From NCBI GenBank assembly GCA_963786935.1, contig CAWBAN010000001.1:1440001-1504000 (forward strand): a stretch of 64,000 nt of DNA, in the 5' to 3' direction. A program made the translations under genes and the position numbers. The notes below the pieces were generated by a model that saw nothing but the letters and a program-made list of their open reading frames with translations, had not been told where the DNA came from and did no database searches. The DNA comes from an uncultured bacterium. Lineage in GTDB: Bacteria > Krumholzibacteriota > Krumholzibacteriia > Krumholzibacteriales > Krumholzibacteriaceae. Shown piece by piece: positions 37,849-48,030 of this stretch (position 1 is its first letter; every line of letters begins with the position of its first letter).

Positions 37849-40180
37849 TGAGACGCTCACTCCCTTCCCGCATACGCGCGGCGCCGACGACGAGCTGTCC
37901 GTACGCGATGCCGCCGTCGTTCGGAGGCACGAGCCGGTGCTGGCGGAAACGCAGCTGCGTTCCCCGAGCGAGATCCACGATCGATTCGCAGAGGAGCCTG
38001 TTCTGGAACACGCCCCCCGAGAGCACGACGTCCGCGCACCCGTGCGCCTTCGAGAGCTCCGCGGACAGATCGACGACGAGCTTCGCCACGCCCCGGTGAA
38101 ATGCCGCGGCGATCGCTGCCCGCTCGCGCCGCCGGGCCAGATCGTCGACGACCGCCGCCAGCACCGGTCCGGGATCGATCTCCGCGCATCCGCCGGAGCC
38201 CGGTTTCCAGGTGAACGCGTACGCGCCTCCCGCATCCGTCGTATCGAGCGCGAGCGCCTCGAGGGCCACCGCGGCCTCGGCCTCGTAGCTCACGAACGCG
38301 CCGCAGTCGAGGCAGAACGCCACCGCGTCGAAGAGACGCCCCATGCTCGAGGCGCGGGGAGAATTGATGCCCCGCATCGCGATGGCGAGCACCTGCTCCG
38401 CCGGCAGCCCCTCGAAAGAGATGGGCCGCGGGAGCGGCTTGTCGATCACGGCGTTTCCATAGATGCCCTGCAGGTGCACGAGCGCCATCCGCCACGGCTC
38501 ACGAATCGCCGCCTCCCCGCCGGGGAGCGGCACGGGCTTGAGCGTCGCGAGCCGGTCGAACCGGTCGTACCTCGCGAGGAAGAATTCTCCCCCCCAGAGC
38601 GTTCCGTCCGTTCCGTAGCCCGTCCCGTCGAAAACCACCGCGATCGCGGGCCCGGCGAGACCGTGCTCGGCCATGACGCCCGCCGCGTGGGCGTGGTGGT
38701 GCTGGACGGCGATCCGCTTCGCGCCGCCGATCGACTCGGCGAGGCGCGTCGTGAAGTAATCCGGATGCATGTCGTGGACGATCACCTCGGGCGCGACGGC
38801 GAGCATCCCGGCGAATCCGGCGAGCTCGCGCCGGTAATTCTCCTCGCTCCGCGCGTCCCCGAGATCTCCGAGGTGCGGCGAGAGATACGCCTTGCCCTCC
38901 TTCGAGAGGGCGAAAACGCTCTTTTCCTGCGCGCCGAGGGCCGCCATGGGAACGGCCGGCCCGCCGGGGAGCGGGAGCGGCTCCGGCACGTACCCGCGCG
39001 CGCGCCGTATCGGCACGATTGCCGCTCCCGGAGCGAAGACGATCGAGTCGTCGCATTTGTGCGCGATCCGCCTGTTGTGGACGAGCGCCGCGTCGGCGAT
39101 CGTGCCGAGGATCCCGCCGATCTCCTCTTCCATGGAGATGAGCGGCTCGTCGGTGAAGTTCGCCGAGGTCATGATGAGCACTTCGAAGTGCTCCATCAGG
39201 AGATGGTGAAGGGGCGTGTACGGAAGAAACGCGCCGATGTATCCGTTCCGCGGGGCGACCGCCTCGGGTAGCGTTCGGCCCCGCCGCCGCAGAAGCACGA
39301 TCGGAGCTTCGTTCGAGAGGAGCATGTTTCGCTCGACGTCCCCCACGACGCAGCGGCGCTCGATTTCGGCGATGTCGCGGAACATGCAGGCGAAGGGCTT
39401 CGCCGGGCGTTTCTTTCGATTCCGGAGGCGTTTCACGACGTCTCCGCTCGAGGCGAGACACGCGAGGTGATACCCGCCGAGGCCTTTCACCGCGACGATG
39501 AGCCCTCCCCTGATGAGGGCGACGGCGCCCGCGATCGGGTCCCCCGGAAGCTCCGTGAATTTCTCGTCGAAGAGCATGAGCGACGGACCGCAGTCGGGGC
39601 ACGAGATCGGCTCCGCGTGAAACCGCCGGTCGGCCGGGTTCGAGTACTGCGCGCGGCAGAAGCCGTCCATCTCGAACTCGTGCATCGTCGTGAGCGGCCG
39701 GTCGTACGGCAGCCCCTCGATGATCGTGAATCGCGGGCCGCAGTTCGTGCAGTTGATGAAGGGATACCGGTACCGTTTGTTGGCGGGATCGCGCAGCTCG
39801 GCGAGACAGTCGGCGCAGACGGCCGTGTCGACGGGGAACAGCGCCTCCGCCGCGCCGGCCTTCTCGCTCGGGGCGATGACGAACTCGGTCGATCCGGCGG
39901 GCTCGATCTCCTCCGCCTCGATCGTATCGATGCGCGCGAGCGGCGGCAGCCCCTTCTCGAATTCGCGGAGGAAGGTTCCGAGGATCCGCGCCGATCCCTC
40001 GACCTCGATGACGACCCCGATCCGCGTGTTCCGGACCCATCCGGTCACGCCGGTCCGGGTCGCGACGCGATACACGCTCGGCCGGAAACCGACTCCCTGC
40101 ACGCGTCCCGTCACGCGGATCCGCACCCGCGCGGGATCCCGCCGCAGCTTCAACGTCTCGAGCACTTCATTGACGTTCAT
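37841..40180 (-). CDS. hypF: Carbamoyltransferase HypF
   Basis: VQGVGFRP acylphosphatase domain, two Zn fingers (YPFINCTNCGPR), KGLGGYHL, QHHHAH, DGTGYG, SSMGRLFD, NDGGI. Confidence 0.97.
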   Translation of the reverse strand: MNVNEVLETLKLRRDPARVRIRVTGRVQGVGFRPSVYRVATRTGVTGWVRNTRIGVVIEVEGSARILGTFLREFEKGLPPLARIDTIEAEEIEPAGSTEFVIAPSEKAGAAEALFPVDTAVCADCLAELRDPANKRYRYPFINCTNCGPRFTIIEGLPYDRPLTTMHEFEMDGFCRAQYSNPADRRFHAEPISCPDCGPSLMLFDEKFTELPGDPIAGAVALIRGGLIVAVKGLGGYHLACLASSGDVVKRLRNRKKRPAKPFACMFRDIAEIERRCVVGDVERNMLLSNEAPIVLLRRRGRTLPEAVAPRNGYIGAFLPYTPLHHLLMEHFEVLIMTSANFTDEPLISMEEEIGGILGTIADAALVHNRRIAHKCDDSIVFAPGAAIVPIRRARGYVPEPLPLPGGPAVPMAALGAQEKSVFALSKEGKAYLSPHLGDLGDARSEENYRRELAGFAGMLAVAPEVIVHDMHPDYFTTRLAESIGGAKRIAVQHHHAHAAGVMAEHGLAGPAIAVVFDGTGYGTDGTLWGGEFFLARYDRFDRLATLKPVPLPGGEAAIREPWRMALVHLQGIYGNAVIDKPLPRPISFEGLPAEQVLAIAMRGINSPRASSMGRLFDAVAFCLDCGAFVSYEAEAAVALEALALDTTDAGGAYAFTWKPGSGGCAEIDPGPVLAAVVDDLARRRERAAIAAAFHRGVAKLVVDLSAELSKAHGCADVVLSGGVFQNRLLCESIVDLARGTQLRFRQHRLVPPNDGGIAYGQLVVGAARMREGSERLNG

Positions 40181-40298
40181 GCGCGTCCCGTCCCCTTTTT
40201 CCCTTGTGCCCGGCGCGCCGGACGAAATAGACTCCGGAATAGTAGCATTTTGGACGCCAAGTTGTATCTCAATTTAATTCAGGCGAGGTGGTGCCGAA

Positions 40299-40952
40299 AT
40301 GACCGAACCGCTCTCCGAATACGTGATGCGACTCGTAGTCGCCCTCCTCATCGGGGGAGCGATCGGGCTCGAGCGCGAGTTCAAAGGGAAGCCGGCGGGA
40401 ATGCGGACGAACATGCTCATCTGCGTCGGCTCGTGCCTCCTCATGATTCTTTCGATCGAGATCGCCCGTTCGGCCGCGCGTGTCGCCGACCCGGGGCGCA
40501 TCGCCTCGCAGGTGGTCGCCGGCATCGGATTCCTCGGTGCCGGCACGATCATGCGGTCGCGTTTCCATATCGCCGGGCTCACGACGGCGGCGACGATATG
40601 GGCGCTCTCCGCCATCGGCCTCGCGGTCGGCGCCGGATACCTGCTCCTCTCGGTCATCGTCGCGTTCATCATCACGATCACGCTCGTGTTCATCGGCTAC
40701 ATCGAATCGCGGCTCGACATGAAGCGGTCGTACCACGTCGTGCAGGTCAGCCTCGAGCGGGGCGAGGGAGTCATCCGCGAGGTGATGGTGCTCTTCACGG
40801 CGATGAAGCTTTCGAGCGACGCCCTCGAGATCACGCGGAGCGGCGACGTTTGGCATGCCACCTTCGAGTACGCCGCATCCCACGACAGGCACCGCGAGCT
40901 CGTCGAGAAGCTCTCGGCGAGCCCGGGCGTACGCGGCGTCATCGAGATGTAA
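40299..40952 (+). CDS. MgtC/SapB family membrane protein
   Basis: IGLERE, AGMRT, DPGRIASQVVAGIGFLGAG, GLTTAATIW. Confidence 0.92.
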   Translation: MTEPLSEYVMRLVVALLIGGAIGLEREFKGKPAGMRTNMLICVGSCLLMILSIEIARSAARVADPGRIASQVVAGIGFLGAGTIMRSRFHIAGLTTAATIWALSAIGLAVGAGYLLLSVIVAFIITITLVFIGYIESRLDMKRSYHVVQVSLERGEGVIREVMVLFTAMKLSSDALEITRSGDVWHATFEYAASHDRHRELVEKLSASPGVRGVIEM

Positions 40953-40973
40953 AACCGTCGGCAGGCTTTCGTT

Positions 40974-42737
40974 CTATTCGCGAAACAGGGCCTCGCGGGC
41001 GAGGCGCGGGGGGAGCGCTCCCTGGCGCAGCAGCTTCTCGTGAAAATCCCTGAGGTTGAACCGGTCGCCGAGGGTCCGCTCCGCCTCGAGCCGCAGCTGG
41101 CGGATCTCCAGATATCCGGCGAAATACGTCGACAGGTATCCCGGATTGATCATCGCGCGGCGCCACTTGATCGCCGCCTCCGATTCCTCCTGGAATCCGT
41201 CTCCGATCAGGAGCCGGAGCGCCTCGCTCTCCGTCATCCCCTCCCGGTGCATGCCCGAATCGAGGATCGCGTTCGTGAGGATGCGGAGGTAGTATTTCTT
41301 CCACGTGAGATCGAACCGCGGACTTCCGCTCCGGAACCCGAGCTCGTTCATGAGCTCCATGCAGTACACTCCCCACCCTTCGACGAACCCGGAGTTGGGG
41401 AAGACGTTCCTCACGATCGACGGATTCCGGTTCGCGTAGGCGAACTGCACGTAGTGCCCCGGCATCGCTTCGTGAATCGTGACGAGCCTGAGCATCTCGC
41501 TGTTGTACTCCCGCAGGTACGATTCGATCTGTCTCTGATCGTAGTCCTCGGGAACGGCCGATACGATGAACCAGTACTTCAGGCCCCGATCGAGCGGGCC
41601 CGGGCTTTCGAGACCTACGATCGAGAGGCTCCGCGAGTACTCGGGCGCCCACGCGAGCTCGATCGGCTCGTCGGGGATCGTGAGTACGTCCCGCTCGCGG
41701 ACGAACACCGAGGCCTCGGCGAAGGCCGCCTTGCACGCATCGAGCAGCTCCGCCGGCTTCGAATGATCCTTCGCGATGTCGTCGAGCACCGCCCGCACGA
41801 TCGTGTCCCGCTCGGCGCGGCCCGGATTCGCCGGGAGGCGCGCGCCCGTCATCTCCGCGTACACGGGCGCGGCGACCTCGTACATCTCCCCATGCACGCG
41901 ATCGATTTCGGCGTACGCGGCCGCGACGATCATCTCCGACGACATGTCCGATCCGATGATGCCGCCGATCAGGCGGCGAAATGCCTTCTCGCCGAGCCGG
42001 AAATCCCCGAGCGACCGGTTCAGGAGATCATTCTCGAGGAAGCCCTGGAACTCGCGGAGCGATCCGATCGCGATCTGGGCGGATTTCTCGACCTTCTTCG
42101 ACGTGCGGGGCGGCGCTTTTTCGGCCTCCCGAAGGAGCTCGTGCTCGATAAACGCGATCAGGCCGCGATTCTGGCTGATCGCCATCTCGGTAGAGGCCTT
42201 CGAAGGATTGGACAGGTTCGCCATGGCCTGTTCCACGACGATCGGAAACGCATCGAGACGGCGGGCGGCCGCGTCGAGCCGGTCGCCGAGCGGCGCGAAA
42301 TCCCTCGCAACCAGATAGTACAGGGAATTGCCGAGGAGGCTCGTATAGTGCATCGGATTCGTCTCGAACACCCGCATATCCCCGAAGAGCAGCATATCGA
42401 GATCGATGGAGCTCGCGAGCACCTCCGCGTCGATCCGGTTGTCCGGCGAGAGCTTGTCCTTCTCGATGGTTTCCAGCTTCGCCCGGTACGACTCCAGGAA
42501 GGCCATTCGGGCCTCGACGGCCTCCCGACCTACGTCGTCCAGATCGCCGTCGTAGCGGTGCTCTCCGGCCCAGGTGGCGAACGTCGGATTCTTCCGGAAA
42601 CTCTCCGTGAGGTACCGCGCCGCGAGCTTCTCGAACTTCGCGTCCTCGCCTCCCCTCCCACCGCATCCCGCGCATAAAGAGGCGATGAGCGCCGCTGCGG
42701 CGGCGACGGTCGTCACATATGATGCCCTGAATGCCAT
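40974..42737 (-). CDS. DUF885 family lipoprotein
   Basis: Lipobox LCAGC; HEAMPGHYVQ, FVEGWG, YFAG, FHEKLL. Confidence 0.88.
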   Translation of the reverse strand: MAFRASYVTTVAAAAALIASLCAGCGGRGGEDAKFEKLAARYLTESFRKNPTFATWAGEHRYDGDLDDVGREAVEARMAFLESYRAKLETIEKDKLSPDNRIDAEVLASSIDLDMLLFGDMRVFETNPMHYTSLLGNSLYYLVARDFAPLGDRLDAAARRLDAFPIVVEQAMANLSNPSKASTEMAISQNRGLIAFIEHELLREAEKAPPRTSKKVEKSAQIAIGSLREFQGFLENDLLNRSLGDFRLGEKAFRRLIGGIIGSDMSSEMIVAAAYAEIDRVHGEMYEVAAPVYAEMTGARLPANPGRAERDTIVRAVLDDIAKDHSKPAELLDACKAAFAEASVFVRERDVLTIPDEPIELAWAPEYSRSLSIVGLESPGPLDRGLKYWFIVSAVPEDYDQRQIESYLREYNSEMLRLVTIHEAMPGHYVQFAYANRNPSIVRNVFPNSGFVEGWGVYCMELMNELGFRSGSPRFDLTWKKYYLRILTNAILDSGMHREGMTESEALRLLIGDGFQEESEAAIKWRRAMINPGYLSTYFAGYLEIRQLRLEAERTLGDRFNLRDFHEKLLRQGALPPRLAREALFRE

Positions 42738-42908
42738 TGCCTTCCCGATCCCGTTCGTGCCGGTTCGTTATTTTTATCCGTGGAATTATACACGAATTGG
42801 GATAAATTGTTTCCTATAATGTTATCCGGGTGCGGCCCGCCCACCGCGGCGCCGCCGGAGCGCCGCGAAAGGTGGAGCGGAACCGTGGGAAATGACGCAA
42901 ATCGGCCG

Positions 42909-44189
42909 ATGGAACCGACGGGCGAGCGGGGGCTCGGATTTGCGTTCCGCGCCCTCGGATCCCGCAACTACCGGCTCTTCTACGCCGGCCAGAGCATCTC
43001 CCTCATCGGCACGTGGATGCAGCAGGTCGCGATGATCTGGCTCGTGTACCGCCTCACTCATTCCGCGCTCCTCCTCGGGGTCGTCGGCTTCGCGGGCCAG
43101 ATCCCCACGTTTCTCCTCGCTCCCCTCGCGGGCGTATTCGCCGACCGGTGGAACCGCCACCGCACGATCGTCGTGACCCAGACGCTCGCGCTGCTCCAGG
43201 CGACGACGCTCGCGATCCTCGTCCTGACGGGGAGCGCCGAGGTCTGGCATCTCGTCGTCCTCGCCGTCGTCCTCGGAACGATCAACGCCTTCGACATGCC
43301 GACCCGTCAGTCGTTCATCGTCCAGATGATCGAGCGCAAGGAGGATCTCGGCAACGCCATCGCGCTCAACTCGGCGATGGTGACGGCCACGAGAATCCTC
43401 GGGCCGTCGGTCGCGGGTGTGCTCATCGGCGCCTTCGGCGAGGGAGTCTGCTTTCTCGCGAACGCGATCAGCTACGTCGCCGTGATCGCAGCGCTCCTCG
43501 CCATGCGCGTCGCGCCGCCCCCGGCGCGGCCGGCGAACGGCCGCGTGATCGACGGGCTCACGGAAGGGCTCGGGTATGTCGCTCGCCTCGCGCCGGTGCG
43601 GGACACGCTCCTTCTGCTCGCCTTCGTCAGCTTCATGGGGATGCCGTACTACGTCCTCATGCCCGTGTTCGCGAAGGACGTGCTCGGCGGGGGCGCCCAC
43701 ACGCTCGGTTTTCTCTTCGGCGCCGCCGGTCTCGGTTCCCTCGTCGGCACGGGATTCCTCGCCGCGCGGCGGAGCATCCGCGGCTCCGGCACGATCATCG
43801 CGGCCGGCGCGGCGGTTTTCGGCATCGGCCTCATTGCTTTTTCCTTCTCTCACCTGGTATGGTTGTCGATGCTGCTCATCTGCGTCGCGGGGCTCGGGAT
43901 CATGGTGCAGATGGCGTGCAGCAACACGCTGATTCAGACCGTCGTCGACGACGACAAGCGGGGACGGGTCATGAGCCTCTTCACTATGGCGTTCATCGGG
44001 ATGGGCCCCTTCGGGAACCTATCCGCGGGCGCCCTCGCGAGCCGCATCGGCGCCCCGGGCACGCTCGCCGTCGGCGGTTTCCTCTGCGTCGTCGGCGGCG
44101 TCGTCTTCGCGAGCAGGATCAAAACGATGCGCAAGTCCCTGCACCCGATCTACCGGAAAATGGGCATCATGCCCGACCTGCCGTCCTGA
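42909..44189 (+). CDS. MFS transporter (MFS_3/DHA3-like)
   Basis: NYRLFYAGQSISLIGTWMQ, GVFADRW, RGRVMSL. Confidence 0.9.
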   Translation: MEPTGERGLGFAFRALGSRNYRLFYAGQSISLIGTWMQQVAMIWLVYRLTHSALLLGVVGFAGQIPTFLLAPLAGVFADRWNRHRTIVVTQTLALLQATTLAILVLTGSAEVWHLVVLAVVLGTINAFDMPTRQSFIVQMIERKEDLGNAIALNSAMVTATRILGPSVAGVLIGAFGEGVCFLANAISYVAVIAALLAMRVAPPPARPANGRVIDGLTEGLGYVARLAPVRDTLLLLAFVSFMGMPYYVLMPVFAKDVLGGGAHTLGFLFGAAGLGSLVGTGFLAARRSIRGSGTIIAAGAAVFGIGLIAFSFSHLVWLSMLLICVAGLGIMVQMACSNTLIQTVVDDDKRGRVMSLFTMAFIGMGPFGNLSAGALASRIGAPGTLAVGGFLCVVGGVVFASRIKTMRKSLHPIYRKMGIMPDLPS

Positions 44190-44209
44190 GCGGAGGGAGC
44201 GCGGCCGCG

Positions 44210-45736
44210 ATGGCGCACGAACCGATCGACAACAGCCTCCTCTACAAGCTCTCGAAGCGCGAATACCGCTACACGCAGGACCTCCCCTCGACGCCCGATC
44301 CCTCGATCGGAACGGTGCTCGTCACGGGAGCCTCGGGATACATCGGCGGGCGGCTCATCCCGGAGCTCCTCTCGCGCGGCTATCGCGTCCGCATCATGGT
44401 GCGCGGCCGGGCGGCCGAGTACCGCGAGCTCTGGCCGAGCGTCGAGGCCGTCAGCGCCGACGCGCTCGACATCGAGCAGCTCAGGGCGGCGCTCGACGGG
44501 GTGCACACCGCCTATTACCTCATCCATTCCCTCCTCCTCGGCCAGCGGGTGTTCGAGGCGGCCGATCTCCAGGCGGCGATCAACTTCCGCAACGCCGCCC
44601 AGGAAAAGGGAGTGAAGCGGATCATCTATCTCGGCGCGCTCGGGGACATGCGCACGAAGCTCTCCCAGCACCTGCGAAACCGCATCCGCGTGGCGGAGGA
44701 GCTGCGCCTCGGGGAAGTCCCCGTGACGATCCTCCGCGCGGCCATCATCATCGGCTCGGGGAGCGCCTCCTACGAGATCATCAAGCACCTCGTGAACCGC
44801 CTCTACATCGTCCCCATCCCGAAATGGGCGAATAACCGGTGCCAGCCGATCGCCGTGCGGGACGTGATCAAATATCTCGTGGGCGTCCTCGAGATCCCCC
44901 GAACGGCGAATCGCTCGTTCGACATCGGCGGAAGCGACGTCCTCACCTACGCGGACATGATGAAGACGCTCGCCGAGGTGCGGCACCAGAAGCGCCTGTT
45001 CATATTCGTCCCGTTCGCGAGCCTCCGGTTCTACGCGTATCAGGCGAGCTTCCTCACGCCGATTCCCGCGGCCATCACGCGGAGCCTCATGGAGGGGCTC
45101 AAGAACGAGGTCGTCTGCCAGGACGAATCGATCAAGGGATTCCTGCCGTTCGAGCCGCTCCGCTATCGCGAGGCGATCGTCGGCGCGCTCACGCGCGAGG
45201 AGCAGGACAACGTGCGCACGAGCTGGTTCAGCGCGTACCCCCCGGCCCACGAGCTCGCGATCAAGCTGCACGAGCTCGAGCCCGGACCGCAGTACACGGC
45301 GCGCTACGCGATCCTTTCGTCGAAGGATTCGTGGCGGCTTTTCGAGTCGATCTGCAAGATCGGCGGCAAGGAGGGCTGGTTCACGCACAACTGGATGTGG
45401 CGTCTCCGCGGCTGGCTCGACACGGCTCTCCTCGGCGTCGGCACGGCCCGGGGACGCCGGAGCCAGACGACGCTCAAGATCAACGACGTGATCGACTGGT
45501 GGCGCATCGAGGATCTGAAACCCGACATGCGTCTGCTGCTGCGCGCGGAGATGAAACTCCCCGGGAAGGCGTGGCTCGAGTTCCGGATCGATCCGGAGGA
45601 GGGTCGGAACCGGCTCAGGGTCATCGCCCATTACTACACGACGAGCTTTCTCGGAAGGCTCTACTGGTACATCTTCGTCCCGTTCCACCACGTCATCTTC
45701 AGCGACCTCATCAAGCAGATCGAGCGGCGGGCGTGA
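44210..45736 (+). CDS. Atypical SDR NAD(P)-binding protein with DUF2867 (YbjT-like)
   Basis: [47 protein letters not shown]...PFH. Confidence 0.88.
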   Translation: MAHEPIDNSLLYKLSKREYRYTQDLPSTPDPSIGTVLVTGASGYIGGRLIPELLSRGYRVRIMVRGRAAEYRELWPSVEAVSADALDIEQLRAALDGVHTAYYLIHSLLLGQRVFEAADLQAAINFRNAAQEKGVKRIIYLGALGDMRTKLSQHLRNRIRVAEELRLGEVPVTILRAAIIIGSGSASYEIIKHLVNRLYIVPIPKWANNRCQPIAVRDVIKYLVGVLEIPRTANRSFDIGGSDVLTYADMMKTLAEVRHQKRLFIFVPFASLRFYAYQASFLTPIPAAITRSLMEGLKNEVVCQDESIKGFLPFEPLRYREAIVGALTREEQDNVRTSWFSAYPPAHELAIKLHELEPGPQYTARYAILSSKDSWRLFESICKIGGKEGWFTHNWMWRLRGWLDTALLGVGTARGRRSQTTLKINDVIDWWRIEDLKPDMRLLLRAEMKLPGKAWLEFRIDPEEGRNRLRVIAHYYTTSFLGRLYWYIFVPFHHVIFSDLIKQIERRA

Positions 45737-46914
45737 ACCAGCGCTGCGTCCGCAGGCAGATCTTGACCAGCATCAGCATGACGGGCACTTCGATCAGCAC
45801 TCCGACAACCGTCGCGAGGGCCGCTCCGGATGAGAGGCCGAAGAGCATCGTCGCGGTGGCGATGGCGACCTCGAAATGGTTCGACGCGCCGATCATCGCG
45901 GACGGCGCGGCGTCCTCGTAGGTCAGCCGCAGCAGCTTCGCCCAGCAGTAGCCGAGCCAGAAGATCAGATTCGTCTGGATGAAGAGCGGGATGGCGATCC
46001 AGAGGATCGTGAGCGGATTGGATACGATGACGTCTCGCCCTTGAAGCGAGAAGAGCAGCACGAGCGTCGCGAGCAGGGCGACGATCGTGATCGGCGTGAG
46101 GACGTGGAGGAACTTCTCGTTGAACCACGTCTCGCCCTTGCGCGCGGATGATCCATTTCCGGGAAATGTAGCCGGCCACGAGCGGCAGCGCGACGTAGAT
46201 GCCGATGGATAGAACGCAGCGCCTGCCAGGGAACCGGCAGCCGTCCGACGCCGAGGAGAAATCCGCCCAGCGGCCCGTAGAGCAACAGCATGGTCAGCGA
46301 GTTGATGGCCACCATGACGAGCGTAGCCCGTCGTTGCCCTTCGCGAGGTAGCCCCAGACGAGCACCATCGCCGTGCAGGGCGCGATGCCGAGGAGAATGC
46401 AGCCCGCGAGGTAGCTGCGCCACAGAGGGACCTGCAGCATCTTGACGCCGTCCGAAAGAACGACGGTGCCGACGCCGTGCGTCGCGCCGACGGGCAGGTC
46501 GAGCCCGAACGGCATCTTCACGAGATCTGTCGCCTCGGCGCCGATGAATCCCCGGAACACGAATCCGAGGAAGAAGATGGCGATCGCGTACATCGTGAAG
46601 GGCTTGATCGCCCAGTTCACGAACAGCGTGAGGCCGACGGGCTTCGCGCTCTTGCCCGCCTTCAGCACCTCGGCGAAATCGATCTTCACCATGATCGGGT
46701 ACATCATGAAGAAGAGGCAGATCGCGATAGGAATGGAAACGACGGGCGCGCCGTTCACGAAGATGGACAGACTATCCAGATATCGCGCCACGCCCGGCGC
46801 GAGCTTCCCGAGCACGATGCCGGCGCCGATGCAGACGGCCACCCAGGCGGTGAGATTGCGCTCAAAGAAGCTCAGGCCCTTCGGCTTCTTGGTAATGCAG
46901 GCTTCGACGGCCAT
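45711..46914 (-). pseudogene. acr3: Acr3-family arsenite efflux transporter interrupted by three frameshifts (true pseudogene or sequence error)
   Basis: [39 protein letters not shown] spread over four frame segments; shifts near 46325, 46215 and 46142. Confidence 0.8.
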
Positions 46915-46971
46915 CGATCAAGCTCCTTTCGCCGATTACGAGTGATCAATCTCGAGACCCGCAACCGATGC

Positions 46972-47352
46972 TCAGCACTTTCTCTGCTGCCGACATAGAA
47001 CCTCGGGATCGCATCGCAAAACCGTCGCGAGCTTCTTCGCATCGTGCGCAACCGCTTCATCGTTTCGAAGAGACCTCATCACCCAGCTCAGCGCGGATTG
47101 TGTCGCGAACGCGGGCGAGCCGCCGGCCAGACGGTAATATGCCCAGCGACCTTCCTTGCGATGCTCGACAAGTCCGGCCGCGCTGAGAATCGAGAGATGC
47201 TTCGAGATCGTGGAGGGCGCCAGCTCAAGCACCCCGATGATCTGGCACACGCAAAGCTCCCCGCCCTGCAGGAGCATGAGCATGCGCACGCGCTGCCGGT
47301 CGGCGAGGGCCTTGGTGATCTGCAGAACCGATTTCATCCCGAACTTCGCCAT
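46972..47352 (-). CDS. arsR: ArsR family regulator, arsenic-sensing type
   Basis: KALAD, ELCVCQI metal-binding motif, STISKHL; directly upstream of acr3. Confidence 0.85.
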   Translation of the reverse strand: MAKFGMKSVLQITKALADRQRVRMLMLLQGGELCVCQIIGVLELAPSTISKHLSILSAAGLVEHRKEGRWAYYRLAGGSPAFATQSALSWVMRSLRNDEAVAHDAKKLATVLRCDPEVLCRQQRKC

Positions 47353-47361
47353 CTGCGCTCC

Positions 47362-48027
47362 TCATGCGCCGACGAGTCTTCCCTCGAAGAGCCTGAGCGT
47401 TCTCACCGCCTTCGAGGCAGCCCGATCGTCATGCGTGACGATCACCACGGTGCGCCCCTCTCGATGGATCTCTTCGAAAAACGCGAGGATCGCCTGCCCC
47501 GTATCCGGATCGAGATTTCCCGTCGGTTCGTCGGCGAGCACGACGGCCGGGTCGTTGGCGAGCATCCGCGCCAAAGCAACCCGTTGCTGTTGCCCCACGC
47601 TCAGCTCGGAAGGCTTATGGTCGAGCCGATCGCCGAGCCCGAGGCGCTCGAGCAAAGAACCCGCCTTGGCTTTCTGCTCGTCCCCGTCGATGCCGGCGAG
47701 GAGAAGCGGGATCTGCACGTTTTCCAGCGCCGTCAAGTACGGAATCAGATTGAACGTTTGAAAGACGAATCCTATTTTCTCTTTCCTCAGGGCGGCGCGC
47801 TTCTCCGGATCGAGATCATAGATCGATTGACCGTCGACGAACACCTGTCCCCCGGCGGGGGACAGCATGCCGCCGAGCATAAGGAGAAAGGTGCTCTTGC
47901 CGCTTCCACTCGGACCGACGACCGACACGAAATCGCCTCGGCGAATCTCCATGGTCACGTCGTCGAGGGCGAGCACTCTTTTGCCCCGATGATCGTAGCT
48001 CTTGGTGACCGAGCGCATCTTCAGCAT
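47362..48027 (-). CDS. ABC transporter ATP-binding protein (LolD/MacB type)
   Basis: GPSGSGKST, LSVGQQQRV, LADEPTGNLD, VTHD. Confidence 0.95.
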   Translation of the reverse strand: MLKMRSVTKSYDHRGKRVLALDDVTMEIRRGDFVSVVGPSGSGKSTFLLMLGGMLSPAGGQVFVDGQSIYDLDPEKRAALRKEKIGFVFQTFNLIPYLTALENVQIPLLLAGIDGDEQKAKAGSLLERLGLGDRLDHKPSELSVGQQQRVALARMLANDPAVVLADEPTGNLDPDTGQAILAFFEEIHREGRTVVIVTHDDRAASKAVRTLRLFEGRLVGA

Positions 48028-48030
48028 TCG

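Noticed and set aside
36835..40180. hypF-hypE without hypC/hypD or hydrogenase genes as a novel pathway
   Set aside because: Split hyp clusters are common and both proteins look canonical; the other genes may lie elsewhere.
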